From contig JAXHVD010000001.1 in the NCBI GenBank assembly GCA_034189385.1, forward strand, positions 256,001 to 320,000: a DNA stretch of 64,000 nt. Direction: 5' to 3'. The position numbers and the translations under genes were made by a program. This DNA comes from Thermodesulfobacteriota bacterium. Its GTDB lineage: Bacteria; Desulfobacterota; Desulfobacteria; Desulfobacterales; C00003060. How positions within the stretch are numbered: the stretch's first letter is position 1; each line of letters opens with the position of its first letter. Below, piece after piece: positions 29,410 through 39,084 of this stretch. The notes beneath the pieces are model-generated. The model was not told where the DNA came from and ran no database searches. It saw nothing but the letters and a program-made list of their open reading frames with translations.

Positions 29410-30327
29410 ATGAAAAACAGGTGTCTGTTTGGAGTACTATTTGTCGTTGTGTTCTTTTTTTCTGGGTGCCAAGGCAAGGAAGGCGGTGTCTCGGGCAAGG
29501 GAGACACACCCATCAGGATCGGCTACATGATTTGCAACAGTTTACAAGAGAGCATGGCAAGGTTTGAGCCAATAACGGCCTACCTGAGTGAGAAGGTGGG
29601 GCGGCGGTTTGAATCGACGTACGTCAATACTTATGAGTTTGAAGACTTGGTTCGGAAGAAGGAGGTGGATGTTACTCACACCAACTCCATCCTTCCGATC
29701 ATTTTCAAAAAGGAGTATGGACTTGAAATGTTGGCTACCGAGGTGCGAGGAAGGCACGGTCACAAAGACACGGGGGCCATCATTGCATTGAAGAAAAGCG
29801 GCATAAAGACTTTTGACGATATGCGCGGAAAGACCATGGTGTTCGGTCCTGCCCTGGCCCCCTTCGGCTATATGGCACAATATGCTCTGATGCTGGAGAA
29901 CGGATTTGATCCAGAGGAAGACCTCACGTATTACGCCATCCCTTGGGGCTCCTTTAAACATGAAAAGATCATTTATGGCGTGCTCTTTGGGGCCTACGAT
30001 TTGGGAACGGCCCCCCGTTTGGACTTGGACCACATGGCCCAAGAAGGGAAGATCAATTTGGACGATTTTAACATCATCGCCGAAACGATACCCATGCCCT
30101 ATTGAACAGTGGGCGTGATGCCCCACGTGGATCGTGGGCTGGCCAAAAAGATTAAGGAAGTTCTCATCAATCTGAAAAAGGACGAGACCGTTTTGGTGGA
30201 TGGCGAGGTGCGAAGAGTTGCTGAGAGTGCCTGGATAGAGGGATTTGTGGAGGCAATTGACAGCGAATACGACAGCATTCGAGAGCGGCTCAAGCGGTGC
30301 AACATGGCTCCTTATAGGCAGTATTGA
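29410..30327 (+). CDS. PhnD-like ABC substrate-binding lipoprotein, probable selenoprotein (UGA at 30103-30105)
   Basis: FSGC lipobox; track ORFs 29380-30105 and 30109-30327 are in one frame separated only by TGA (PMPY-U-TVG); hairpin CCCACG-TGGAT-CGTGGG at 30122-30138. Confidence 0.8.
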
Positions 30328-30517
30328 TTCAGCCTAAGACCTAGCCTTTTGAAAAGACCCCAATGGCTCAATATCCTTTGCAAAACAGGGTTCTTGAAAG
30401 GGCTAACGTTTTACGATTCAGCCACTAACGGGTTTTGTACCATATGACAAACATGAGTTTGCACGGCGACCGTTGGCTGGTGGAGTGTCGGAACATATGT
30501 CAAATGGAGGTTCCAAA

Positions 30518-31510
30518 TTGAGGAATGACTTACTTCGTCTCGTTTTCATCAGAGCTGTTTTGCTTTCTTTTTTGGTGATGATTCTCTCCCTTTCCCTGAC
30601 AAGTGTCGCTTTAGGAAAGCCGCTGGTTATAGAAAAGGGTATTATCAAGTCCGATACGACCTGGCAGAACGAAGTGATCATCCGGGGGGACGTGGAGATA
30701 GCTGAGGGTGCCACATTGGTCATCATGCCGGGAACTGTCGTCAAGTTTGCAAAGATACAAGAGAATGGTCCCGCGAATCTTGAGATGGACAAGGCAAAAA
30801 ACTTCACTCGCGCTGAACTGATTATCAATGGAAGGATACTGGCCCAAGGCACGAAAGACAAAGTCGTCGTCTTCACTTCTGCGGAGAAATCTCCTAGCCT
30901 TGCTGATTGGGGGGCCATTAACATGTTGGAGAGCGACAATAACATCTTTGAGTATTGTGACATCAGCTACGGCCATACTGCAGTGCACGGACACGGTGCC
31001 CAGTTCACGGTCGCCAATTGTTATCTCCATGACAACGGCGTGGCGATCGGTTTCAAGAATGTGGATCAATGCAAACCCCAATGCGTCACCGTTCTCTATA
31101 ACCATATTACTCGAAATGGGGGGGGCGTATTGTGCAGCAGGGACTCGAGAGCTGTGGTGAGTCACAACCAAATTGATCACAACAAGTTCTTTGGCATATA
31201 TGGGAAAATGGGATCCCACCTGAGTATCAGGTATAATCACGCCGTTCATAATGGGAAAGGGGTTATTGTCTATGCCATGAAGGGCCTACAGCTTCGAGAA
31301 AACAACATTTCTGACAATGATGAGTATAACATCTCCCTGATGGAGGGTCAGATATGGAATGTAGATGCCCGCCATAATTGGTGGGGCACACCGGACACTA
31401 AGATCATCACAGCGTTGATCTGGGACAAGGATGAGGAGGTGACGCTGGGCACAGTGGACTTTTCTGGCTTTGCAGATTCGCCGATTGATGGCGCGGGACT
31501 TCCACGGTGA
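30518..31510 (+). CDS. secreted right-handed parallel beta-helix protein
   Basis: Signal peptide; DTTW, LVIMPGTVV, DWGAI, Asn-rich repeats and NWWG. Confidence 0.8.
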   Translation: MRNDLLRLVFIRAVLLSFLVMILSLSLTSVALGKPLVIEKGIIKSDTTWQNEVIIRGDVEIAEGATLVIMPGTVVKFAKIQENGPANLEMDKAKNFTRAELIINGRILAQGTKDKVVVFTSAEKSPSLADWGAINMLESDNNIFEYCDISYGHTAVHGHGAQFTVANCYLHDNGVAIGFKNVDQCKPQCVTVLYNHITRNGGGVLCSRDSRAVVSHNQIDHNKFFGIYGKMGSHLSIRYNHAVHNGKGVIVYAMKGLQLRENNISDNDEYNISLMEGQIWNVDARHNWWGTPDTKIITALIWDKDEEVTLGTVDFSGFADSPIDGAGLPR

Positions 31511-31517
31511 TTAGATA

Positions 31518-32051
31518 GTGGACTGGTTAGACAGACTGAGCATAGCGGCCATAGCGGCCATAGCGGTGATCACCATAGGCATGTTGGCAAATCAGGCGCT
31601 CATGCAAAGAGGGGAAGAGAATCCTGGTGAGGAAGCCAAGGGAGGGAAGAGCTCCTACGCCTTGCAGATGGAGGAAGACAACAAGCTTTTCAAAGAAGTG
31701 CGTGCTTTTCAGGAACAAGGGCACTATCAGGAAGCCATGGCACAAGCTAAAGATATTATGAAAAGCTATCCAAAGAAATCTATGCCCTATGTTTATCTGG
31801 CACGGCTGCATTTCAAACAGGGAGAACTGAGAGAGACGATCATTAACTATCGACTGGCAGTGGAGATGGAGCCGGACTATGTGGATGAAAGAACACCACT
31901 TTTCATTGGAGAGGAGATCAAACAGATTGTCGAAGAAGGTAGAGAGAAATTTGGACGGGAAAAGGTGCTGAAGCCTGAAGACAGTCAGGTTAGGAACGCC
32001 TTGAAAGACATCTACTATCTTCAGAGTAGGTTGGCTGGAGGGTGTGAATAG
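31518..32051 (+). CDS. membrane-anchored TPR protein with C-terminal GGCE
   Basis: N-terminal TM segment; TPR-like helices; ends RLAGGCE. Confidence 0.7.
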   Translation: MDWLDRLSIAAIAAIAVITIGMLANQALMQRGEENPGEEAKGGKSSYALQMEEDNKLFKEVRAFQEQGHYQEAMAQAKDIMKSYPKKSMPYVYLARLHFKQGELRETIINYRLAVEMEPDYVDERTPLFIGEEIKQIVEEGREKFGREKVLKPEDSQVRNALKDIYYLQSRLAGGCE

Positions 32052-33125
32052 ATGAGGGCGCTCAGGGTGATTGATGCTTCCATAGTGACCGGGGCCCTGT
32101 TGGGACTGGGAGGTGTTTTCCTGGTCTCTTTTGGAAATCCAGTGAACTCTGGAATCTGCGTCTCCTGTTTTATGGAGAATGTAGCCGGGGCCTTGCAGCT
32201 CCACGATGACCTGCGTATGAGTTACATACGTCCTGAACTCATAGGCTTCATATTAGGGTCCTTTCTGGTGGCCACAAAGTCTGGGCGATTTCAGGTGAAA
32301 GGAGGTTCCTCTCCTCTCATCCGGTTTTTCATGGGCTTTTTCATCATCGTAGGGTGTGCTGTCTTTATCGGATGTCCCATCAAGATGATTCTTCGCTTAG
32401 GGGCTGGTGACCTGACGGCTATTGCCGCTACTCTGGGGCTCACGTTTGGGATCTGGTTGGGTGTCAGGTACATCAAAGGGGGGTTCGCCCTGGACCGAGA
32501 AAAGGCGCTTCCCCCTATGAATGGCCTTGTAATTCCACTAGTTGCCCTTCTTCTACTGGTTTTCCTATTCATCAGTCCATCTTTTGTTAAAACAGGACAA
32601 AAGGGTCCGGCAGCCTGGCACGCCCCCATATTCATATCACTATTCACAGGGCTCGCCATCGGCGCTTTTGCCCAAAGGTCAGGGCTGTGCATCACTGGAG
32701 GGATACGAAATTTCTTCCTGGCTGGAGAGAGAACGTTGCTGAATGGCGTTATTACCGCCTTCCTATCGGCTCTCATGCTGAGTGTCGTTCTGGGGCAATT
32801 CCGATGGGGGATGACCGCCCAACCGGCATCCCACCTAAACCATGGATGGACCTTCTTGGCTATGGTCCTCGTGGGCATTGCCTCTGTATTGATTGATGGG
32901 TGTCCTTTTAGGCAGTTGATAAAAGCGGGACAGGGCGATGTAGATGCCGGTGTGACAACGCTAGGGATGCTTTTTGGTGGGGGCCTGGTATACTCATGGG
33001 TGCTCAGAAGCACTTCTGCTGGCCCCACGTTCGAAGGAAAGATTGTGGTGCTGATTGGCCTGATTTTTGCTTTGGTGGTAGCTGTGGCATTTCGAAAAAG
33101 AAAACTTGTCGGTCAAGAGAGATAG
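32052..33125 (+). CDS. yedE: YedE/YeeE family putative selenium/sulfur-compound transporter
   Basis: GNPxNxGICxSCF, YIRPE, GCP twice and SGLCITG; about 10 TM segments. Confidence 0.88.
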   Translation: MRALRVIDASIVTGALLGLGGVFLVSFGNPVNSGICVSCFMENVAGALQLHDDLRMSYIRPELIGFILGSFLVATKSGRFQVKGGSSPLIRFFMGFFIIVGCAVFIGCPIKMILRLGAGDLTAIAATLGLTFGIWLGVRYIKGGFALDREKALPPMNGLVIPLVALLLLVFLFISPSFVKTGQKGPAAWHAPIFISLFTGLAIGAFAQRSGLCITGGIRNFFLAGERTLLNGVITAFLSALMLSVVLGQFRWGMTAQPASHLNHGWTFLAMVLVGIASVLIDGCPFRQLIKAGQGDVDAGVTTLGMLFGGGLVYSWVLRSTSAGPTFEGKIVVLIGLIFALVVAVAFRKRKLVGQER

Positions 33126-33140
33126 CAAAGGTTATATGGA

Positions 33141-33722
33141 ATGAAATGGTTTGGGAAAGCTAACAAAGAGGAAGTCTCTCTTCAATCTGAAGCCGTGACC
33201 AGGGGCCTCTTGATATTTTCAGATACCAGCACGGTCATGCAGGCTGAGCAGATACTTAAAGAGGAAAGTTACAATATCAAAGTCGTCAGCCCTCCTGAGA
33301 AGTATCGTACCGGCTGCGACCTGTGCGTGGAGTTCCCATTGGTTGAGGAGCCGGGGATTACGAGGATCTTGAAGAAGCTGGGATTGACACCCATAGATGT
33401 GCTCCCCATATCTCCGAATGGACTGGAGCCTTTGAGACTATGCAGAACCAAGGACTTTGGCCAGTATCTCATGGTCAGGGCGGCCAACATGAAGATTACC
33501 ATAGAGAAGAAGACCAATAGGATCGTCAATGTGTCTGGCGGGGGTTGCCCGGATGTGCCTTACTTGGCTTACGAGATGGTAGGCAAAGTCCTCTCCGAGG
33601 CCCCTGAACCGGTACTTATAGGTTTTTCCATGTGCGCCTATTCCCTGAATACGGCTCGAGAAGAAATGATGAAGATTACGGGAGGGAGAGATGCTTCTTC
33701 TGGTTGGGCCGATACCGATTAG
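33141..33722 (+). CDS. DUF3343-domain protein
   Basis: AE..LK, RTGCD, SGGGCPD and C-terminal Cys motifs; adjacent to yedE. Confidence 0.75.
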   Translation: MKWFGKANKEEVSLQSEAVTRGLLIFSDTSTVMQAEQILKEESYNIKVVSPPEKYRTGCDLCVEFPLVEEPGITRILKKLGLTPIDVLPISPNGLEPLRLCRTKDFGQYLMVRAANMKITIEKKTNRIVNVSGGGCPDVPYLAYEMVGKVLSEAPEPVLIGFSMCAYSLNTAREEMMKITGGRDASSGWADTD

Positions 33723-34554
33723 GGACCTACCCCTTTCGCTGGGTCGGATTGAGGTTACCGAAGAGGGGCTTAGGGTGGACAGTCAAGCCCTGGATGTGAA
33801 CCGAGGGACAGCCGCCATGATGTCAGCTGCTTACACCGTCTGTAAGGAGTTTGGCTTGGAAGGCCCCATGGGTTTGGTGGCAGGGGATATAGGCACCAGG
33901 GCTGGCAGTGTAAGAATCTATGAGCATCTGGCAGACAACCTCTCGCTGGAAGATGTGGATGTTCTGACCCTCCACTACATCATGCCTGATATTCCCAGGA
34001 ATAAGGCTTTTTTGGAGACAATGGCGTCCCTGAAAAAAAGGCCTGTTCTGATAGCCGATGCCGGTGCCATGTATGTGGCCAAGGCTGGCGGCGATGCTGA
34101 CAAATATGATGTCTTTACCCCGGATTTGGGGGAGATGGCCTTCCTGGCTGACGAGAGAGCGGCCCATCCCGCCTACACGCGAGGATTCATCTTTCATCTG
34201 GAAGACGATGTGCCTGAGTTGATCCGCCGAGCCCATGCGTCCAAAAACGCTGCTCGCACGTTATTCGTGAAGGGCAAAGTCGACTATATCTGCCAGGACG
34301 GGGAGATCGTTGAAGCCATAACGGAACCGAATATAGAGGAGTTGGAACCCGTCGGGGGAACTGGGGACATGATTACCGGAATGATCAGTGGATTGATCTA
34401 TGCCGGGAAATCACATCTTGAAGCCTGCCGGATAGCAGGAAGAGTGAACAGGAAGGCCGGGGAACTTTGCCGGCCCACCCCTGCCACCCAGGTGGTGGAG
34501 ATCATAAAGTGTATCCCAGAGGCACTGAAACAGGTGCTCAAAGAGCAAGGATAG
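33691..34554 (+). CDS. ribokinase-fold carbohydrate kinase / NAD(P)H-hydrate dehydratase-like protein
   Basis: LIADAG, FTPD.GE, VKG..D and GGTGD anion-hole motif. Confidence 0.75.
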   Translation: MLLLVGPIPIRDLPLSLGRIEVTEEGLRVDSQALDVNRGTAAMMSAAYTVCKEFGLEGPMGLVAGDIGTRAGSVRIYEHLADNLSLEDVDVLTLHYIMPDIPRNKAFLETMASLKKRPVLIADAGAMYVAKAGGDADKYDVFTPDLGEMAFLADERAAHPAYTRGFIFHLEDDVPELIRRAHASKNAARTLFVKGKVDYICQDGEIVEAITEPNIEELEPVGGTGDMITGMISGLIYAGKSHLEACRIAGRVNRKAGELCRPTPATQVVEIIKCIPEALKQVLKEQG

Positions 34555-34557
34555 GTC

Positions 34558-34821
34558 ATGCCCAAGTTCATCATCCCTTTTCCACTTCGTGAACATGTGG
34601 ACAATCAGCGCGAAGTCGTGGTCGACGGAAATAGCCTGAAAGAAACCATGGAGCAGTTTTGGCGAAGGTATCCTGCACTGAAAAGGGTGAATCATGATTC
34701 GTCTCTCCTATCTATCTTTGTCAATAGCAGATTGATTAGGACTGGGATCGAAACGTGGGACAGCCTGCCTTTGAATAAGGATGATGAGATCACTCTCATA
34801 ATCCCCATAGCTGGAGGGTAG
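34558..34821 (+). CDS. MoaD/ThiS/CysO-like ubiquitin-fold carrier protein
   Basis: 87 aa; IP.PLR, YP.L, IFVN and C-terminal PIAGG. Confidence 0.9.
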   Translation: MPKFIIPFPLREHVDNQREVVVDGNSLKETMEQFWRRYPALKRVNHDSSLLSIFVNSRLIRTGIETWDSLPLNKDDEITLIIPIAGG

Positions 34822-34832
34822 GGGGAGGAGAT

Positions 34833-35408
34833 TTGGTCTCATTAGGGGAAATCAGCCGCACAGTGTTGCCGGTTCAGCATTGGCAGGAGATTCAGGCGCA
34901 TTGCAAGAGGAAACTCGCGGGACAGTATCTGCCTGGTGAGTCCGCAGGCCGAAAGGCCTATGGTTTGCTGGCAGGCACCCAGAATGGTTCGACCCTAAAG
35001 GTGGAGCGAATACTGCCGGCAAGAAGAAATGTCAGAGATCAAGAGCCTTATAAGACGTATATGGACAAGATGATGGAACAGCATGCCATCCCTTCGAAGA
35101 CGCCCTTGAGTAGCAGAGGCTGGATCACGGATCCTGAGGAGCTCAAGCAGTATTACGATAGGTGCGACCAAGAAGGACTTATCGTATTTGGGACTTATCA
35201 TATGCATGTTGTCCCCTGGGAACATGATGCTGTGAGGGATACGCCGACCAAATTGGATGCTATATTGGCCCGAAATAGTAATCTTTTTTCATTCATCGTT
35301 TCCATGGTTGATGTGAGCCATCCCAGCATTAGAGCCTTTTATGAAGCCATGAGGGAGAGAGAGATACCGGTCCTTGTGGAAGACGGACAATCTGTAAGTC
35401 CTCAATAA
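34833..35408 (+). CDS. divergent JAB/MPN (JAMM, Mec+-like) metalloprotease
   Basis: GLLAG, DPEE, G.YHMH and PTKLD; directly follows the Ubl gene. Confidence 0.7.
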   Translation: MVSLGEISRTVLPVQHWQEIQAHCKRKLAGQYLPGESAGRKAYGLLAGTQNGSTLKVERILPARRNVRDQEPYKTYMDKMMEQHAIPSKTPLSSRGWITDPEELKQYYDRCDQEGLIVFGTYHMHVVPWEHDAVRDTPTKLDAILARNSNLFSFIVSMVDVSHPSIRAFYEAMREREIPVLVEDGQSVSPQ

Positions 35409-35449
35409 CCTCGGGCAAAGCCCCTAAGACCACGTTGGCCAAGAGGCAA

Positions 35450-35526
35450 TTGAACCGAATAAACGAGCGCATTCCCCTTGGGTTGACTTCGACGAGCTCA
35501 GTCGAGTGGCCACGGGGAGGGTTCAA
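35450..35526 (+). repeat. palindromic repeat family A, copy 3
   Basis: TTGAACCGAATAAACGAGCGCATTC...CCACGGGGAGGGTTCAA. Confidence 0.75.
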
Positions 35527-35634
35527 TTTGAAAACGTCTGAAAATCGCTCAAACAGTCAGCCATTTTCAAATTAGACCACCTAACGCCCTAGTTTTTAAA
35601 AAGTTGCGACAACCTGACGAAAGAAAATGAAATT

Positions 35635-36810
35635 ATGGGAGATATCCTGGACACAGAACCAGAGTTGATGGTGGAGTATACGGATCCCTTGGAGGGATTC
35701 AAAGGGTGGTTGGCCATTGACTGCCTTTCCCACAAGCTTTGCGCTGGAGGGTTCAGAGTCCAAAAGGGACTCACCCGTGACATCGTGGTCAGTTTGGCCC
35801 GGAACATGAATCTGAAGATGCGGATAGCGGGCATTCGGGCAGATGGGGCCAAGAGCGGGATTGACTATGATCCCCATTCACCCGGAAAGACAGCGGCACT
35901 TCACCGCTTCATAAGGGCCATACGACCCCTCATTCTGGAGCGCTATTCCATGGGGCCGGACCTCAATGTGAAGCTGAAAGAACTTGATGATATTGCGAAG
36001 CAATTGGACATTCCTTCGGTAAAGGTTGCCATCGCCAAAGCCCAGGGCTTTGATCTCCCGTACTTTTTGAAACGCTATGGCCTCTTGGGAGAGCCGGTGG
36101 ATCATGCCACAGTCGGAAAACTGCGTTCAGGTTTTGGGCTTGCGGCAGCCTGCTTAGGAGTCCTTGAGTTCCTGGGGATCCCCAATGAAAAGGCAACGGT
36201 GGCCATTCAAGGTTTTGGTGGTTTGGGCAGCGCAGCTGCTTATGGTCTTCAGAGGGCCGGGGTTAAAGTGGTTGGGATAGCCGATGAGGAGAAAAGCCTC
36301 ACCTGTACCAATGAGCACCCACTTGATGTGAAGGCCTTGGTGCAACACGCTGTGAACGGCCTCATTCCAAGTGGATGGAAGAACAGCGGACAGTACGCTG
36401 ATCGAAGTCACATATTTGACGTCACGTGCGACGTGTTCATTCCGGCAGCGATCGAGAATGCTGTTGTTCAAGATAATGCCGGGACCATCTCCACAAAGGC
36501 CATCGTGCCCGGTGCCAATCTTGCCATTACTGAGGAGGCGGAAAGGGTACTGAACGATCGTGGGATTATTACCATACCGGATTTTGTGGCAGGATGCGGT
36601 GGTTCCATGTCGATGAAGGCGCTGTTTGGTCCCAAATCCCATCCCACTGCAGCAGATTTGCTTAACGGCTTGGCTGAAGGCATGCGTGGCATGGTGAAGA
36701 GGGTCTTAGAGCGGAGTCAGAAAGACGGCACCACACCAAGGGAGGCAGCCTTGGATCTGTGCTCCGAAGCCCCGATCTATCCCGATGCCAAACCGTACGG
36801 CCCTCTGTGA
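35635..36810 (+). CDS. Glu/Leu/Phe/Val dehydrogenase family protein
   Basis: GGFR, M.LK, GAKSGI, GPD, IQGFGGLG, PAA, GAN and IPDFVA. Confidence 0.88.
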   Translation: MGDILDTEPELMVEYTDPLEGFKGWLAIDCLSHKLCAGGFRVQKGLTRDIVVSLARNMNLKMRIAGIRADGAKSGIDYDPHSPGKTAALHRFIRAIRPLILERYSMGPDLNVKLKELDDIAKQLDIPSVKVAIAKAQGFDLPYFLKRYGLLGEPVDHATVGKLRSGFGLAAACLGVLEFLGIPNEKATVAIQGFGGLGSAAAYGLQRAGVKVVGIADEEKSLTCTNEHPLDVKALVQHAVNGLIPSGWKNSGQYADRSHIFDVTCDVFIPAAIENAVVQDNAGTISTKAIVPGANLAITEEAERVLNDRGIITIPDFVAGCGGSMSMKALFGPKSHPTAADLLNGLAEGMRGMVKRVLERSQKDGTTPREAALDLCSEAPIYPDAKPYGPL

Positions 36811-36900
36811 GCTGAAAGCTGAAGGCTCAATAGCTGAAAGGGTCCTCAGGATCCAGCAAACCATCCATTCCTCTTCCCAACACCCCAAGGCGCAACAATC

Positions 36901-38277
36901 ATGCCCTCTCATCCCATTGATTTTGAAATAAATCCAAACGTCTATAGCACCCCTGAACTACTAGCCATATTTGACGAAAAGGCAAGGTACCAGCGGTGGC
37001 TCGATTTCGAGGCTGCCCTGGCAAAGGCCCAGGCAGAGATGGGCGTGATCCCTCAAGAAGCGGCTGATGAGATCCAAAGCAAGGCAAGGCTTGCATACTT
37101 AGACTTGGACGCCGTTCACGAGGGGTATCTTCATAGCCGCAATTCTCTCATGCCGTTGATAAACGGTCTTCGCAACGTCTGCGAGAAGGGCTACGGAGAG
37201 TACGTTCATTTCGGTGTGACTACTCAAGACGTTCTGGATACTGGCGAAGTCCTTGAGCTGAGAAAGACCTTGGCCGTCGTTTATCGCGATCTTCGGGCCC
37301 TGGAGATGACTTGCCTGGATCTGGCAAAGAGGCATCGATCAACGCCCATGGTGGCCCGCACCCACGGCCAACAGGCCCTACCTGCCACCTTTGGCCTAAA
37401 GGTTGTCACTTGGTCAAGCGAGATTCGGCGTCACATTGACCGGACTAAAGACCTTTCTCAGAGATTGACGTTCGGGCAATTGAGCGGTGCCGTTGGAACC
37501 ATGGCCGCCTTGGGGCCCCATGCGATGGAAGTTGCCAGACGCACCCTGGACCTCTTGGGCCTCAGGCGTCGTCCCTTGGCGTGGCATAGCTCCAGGGAGC
37601 ACATCGGGGAATTGGCCTGTGCCTTTACCCTCATGGTCACCACGTTCGCGAAGATGGCCAATGAGATATTCCAACTTCAGAAGACGGAAATCGGCGAGTT
37701 GAAAGAACCTGCGCCAAAAGGAGCTATGGCCAGTAGCACGATGCCTCATAAGAGAAACCCTGTTATCTGTCAACGGGTTGTCGTCCTTTCTCGGCATGTG
37801 AGACACCTGGCAGGGACCGTTGTAGAGAGTATGGCGCACGAGCACGAGCGAGATGCCCGCTGCCTGTGGGGGGAGTGGTTGGCTGTGCCCCAGCTATGCA
37901 TCCACACCGGCGCCGCCTTGAAGTACATGCTAGATGTGATGTCAGGCCTCGAGGTGAACGTTGATCGCATGAAGGAAAATCTCCATCTTCAGAAAGCCAT
38001 GATCACATCGGAATGGCTGCTTTTCAAGTTGAGCCACACCATGGGCAAGATGAAGTCTTTAGAGAAGCTCCACGAGCTTTCAAACAAGGCCATGGATGCA
38101 GGGATTCCATTCAAAAGGGCTGTCATGGATGACCATGATACAGGGAATCTCCTTACGAGTGATGAAATAGAATATCTCGACCACCCGGAAAGATACATCG
38201 GGCATGCCCTGGAGATAGTAGACGAGACTGTGGAGGAGATTGAAGGGAAGAGGGCTTCAGATCCAACAAAGCTGTAG
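36901..38277 (+). CDS. adenylosuccinate lyase-like (aspartase/fumarase superfamily) protein 1
   Basis: HFGVTTQD, RTHGQQA, GAVG, SSTMPHKRNP and HERD. Confidence 0.9.
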   Translation: MPSHPIDFEINPNVYSTPELLAIFDEKARYQRWLDFEAALAKAQAEMGVIPQEAADEIQSKARLAYLDLDAVHEGYLHSRNSLMPLINGLRNVCEKGYGEYVHFGVTTQDVLDTGEVLELRKTLAVVYRDLRALEMTCLDLAKRHRSTPMVARTHGQQALPATFGLKVVTWSSEIRRHIDRTKDLSQRLTFGQLSGAVGTMAALGPHAMEVARRTLDLLGLRRRPLAWHSSREHIGELACAFTLMVTTFAKMANEIFQLQKTEIGELKEPAPKGAMASSTMPHKRNPVICQRVVVLSRHVRHLAGTVVESMAHEHERDARCLWGEWLAVPQLCIHTGAALKYMLDVMSGLEVNVDRMKENLHLQKAMITSEWLLFKLSHTMGKMKSLEKLHELSNKAMDAGIPFKRAVMDDHDTGNLLTSDEIEYLDHPERYIGHALEIVDETVEEIEGKRASDPTKL

Positions 38278-38354
38278 GGTTCACATCGCAGGATTTATGT
38301 GTCTGAGGGGGAGAGACTCTGTCGTGATGGTCAACTCTGCAGTATCGGGTAACG

Positions 38355-39035
38355 AAATCCTAATGTCGAATATCGAAGCCCGAGACAAATTCGAATGACA
38401 AAAAGAGATAAACCCAAGCAATATGATCTGGAAGATCGAACGCTTGCGTTTGCAAAACGGGTCAGAGCATTGGTAAAAAAGCTGAAAAAGACCATGGGAA
38501 ATATGGAAGACGGAAAGCAGGTGATTCGTGCTTCGGGCTCTGTCGGCGCGAACTACATCGAGGCCAATGAATCTCTCAGCAAGAAGGACTTCATCATGAG
38601 AATCAAGATTAGTCGGAAAGAGGCTAAAGAAAGCCGATACTGGCTGCGACTGTTGGATATTGGTGACGCGCCAGAGCAAGAGAATGAGCGTAAGGTTTTA
38701 GTTAACGAGGCTACGGAACTCATGAATATCTTCGGCGCAATATTGGTCAAGAGCAAAAGTGGTTAGAACATTTGGGCCTCTCAATTTCGGATTTAGAAGG
38801 CGCTGGTCAATGCCTATGAACGTGATGGATTCTCATAATGCCAATCAGTGCCTGAACGAAAAGTCATGTTCAAGGGAAATCCGAATACGGAACTAAGAAA
38901 TTCAAAAAGAATTCGAATGCGAAATGACAGAATGGTCAAGATAATTGATGACTCTTTGGAATTAGATCGTTTTGGTCATTGAGATATTACCATTTTTGTC
39001 ATTGTTTCGTGTTTCGAGATTCGGATCTCGAATTT
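38355..39035. mobile_element. four-helix-bundle cassette with (CGAAATC)-like inverted arms
   Basis: 38355-38390 is an imperfect reverse complement of 39001-39035; a second internal left arm lies at ~38877-38930. Confidence 0.6.
38395..38766 (+). CDS. four helix bundle protein (23S rRNA IVS-protein / TIGR02436-like)
   Basis: DLEDRT..FA, Q..R..GSVGANYIEA, KDF and KEAKES.YWL. Confidence 0.92.
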   Translation: MTKRDKPKQYDLEDRTLAFAKRVRALVKKLKKTMGNMEDGKQVIRASGSVGANYIEANESLSKKDFIMRIKISRKEAKESRYWLRLLDIGDAPEQENERKVLVNEATELMNIFGAILVKSKSG

Positions 39036-39084
39036 TTGAACGCAAGGAGCGGGTTTTCTGTGAAGCATCAATTAGGAAGCGATC

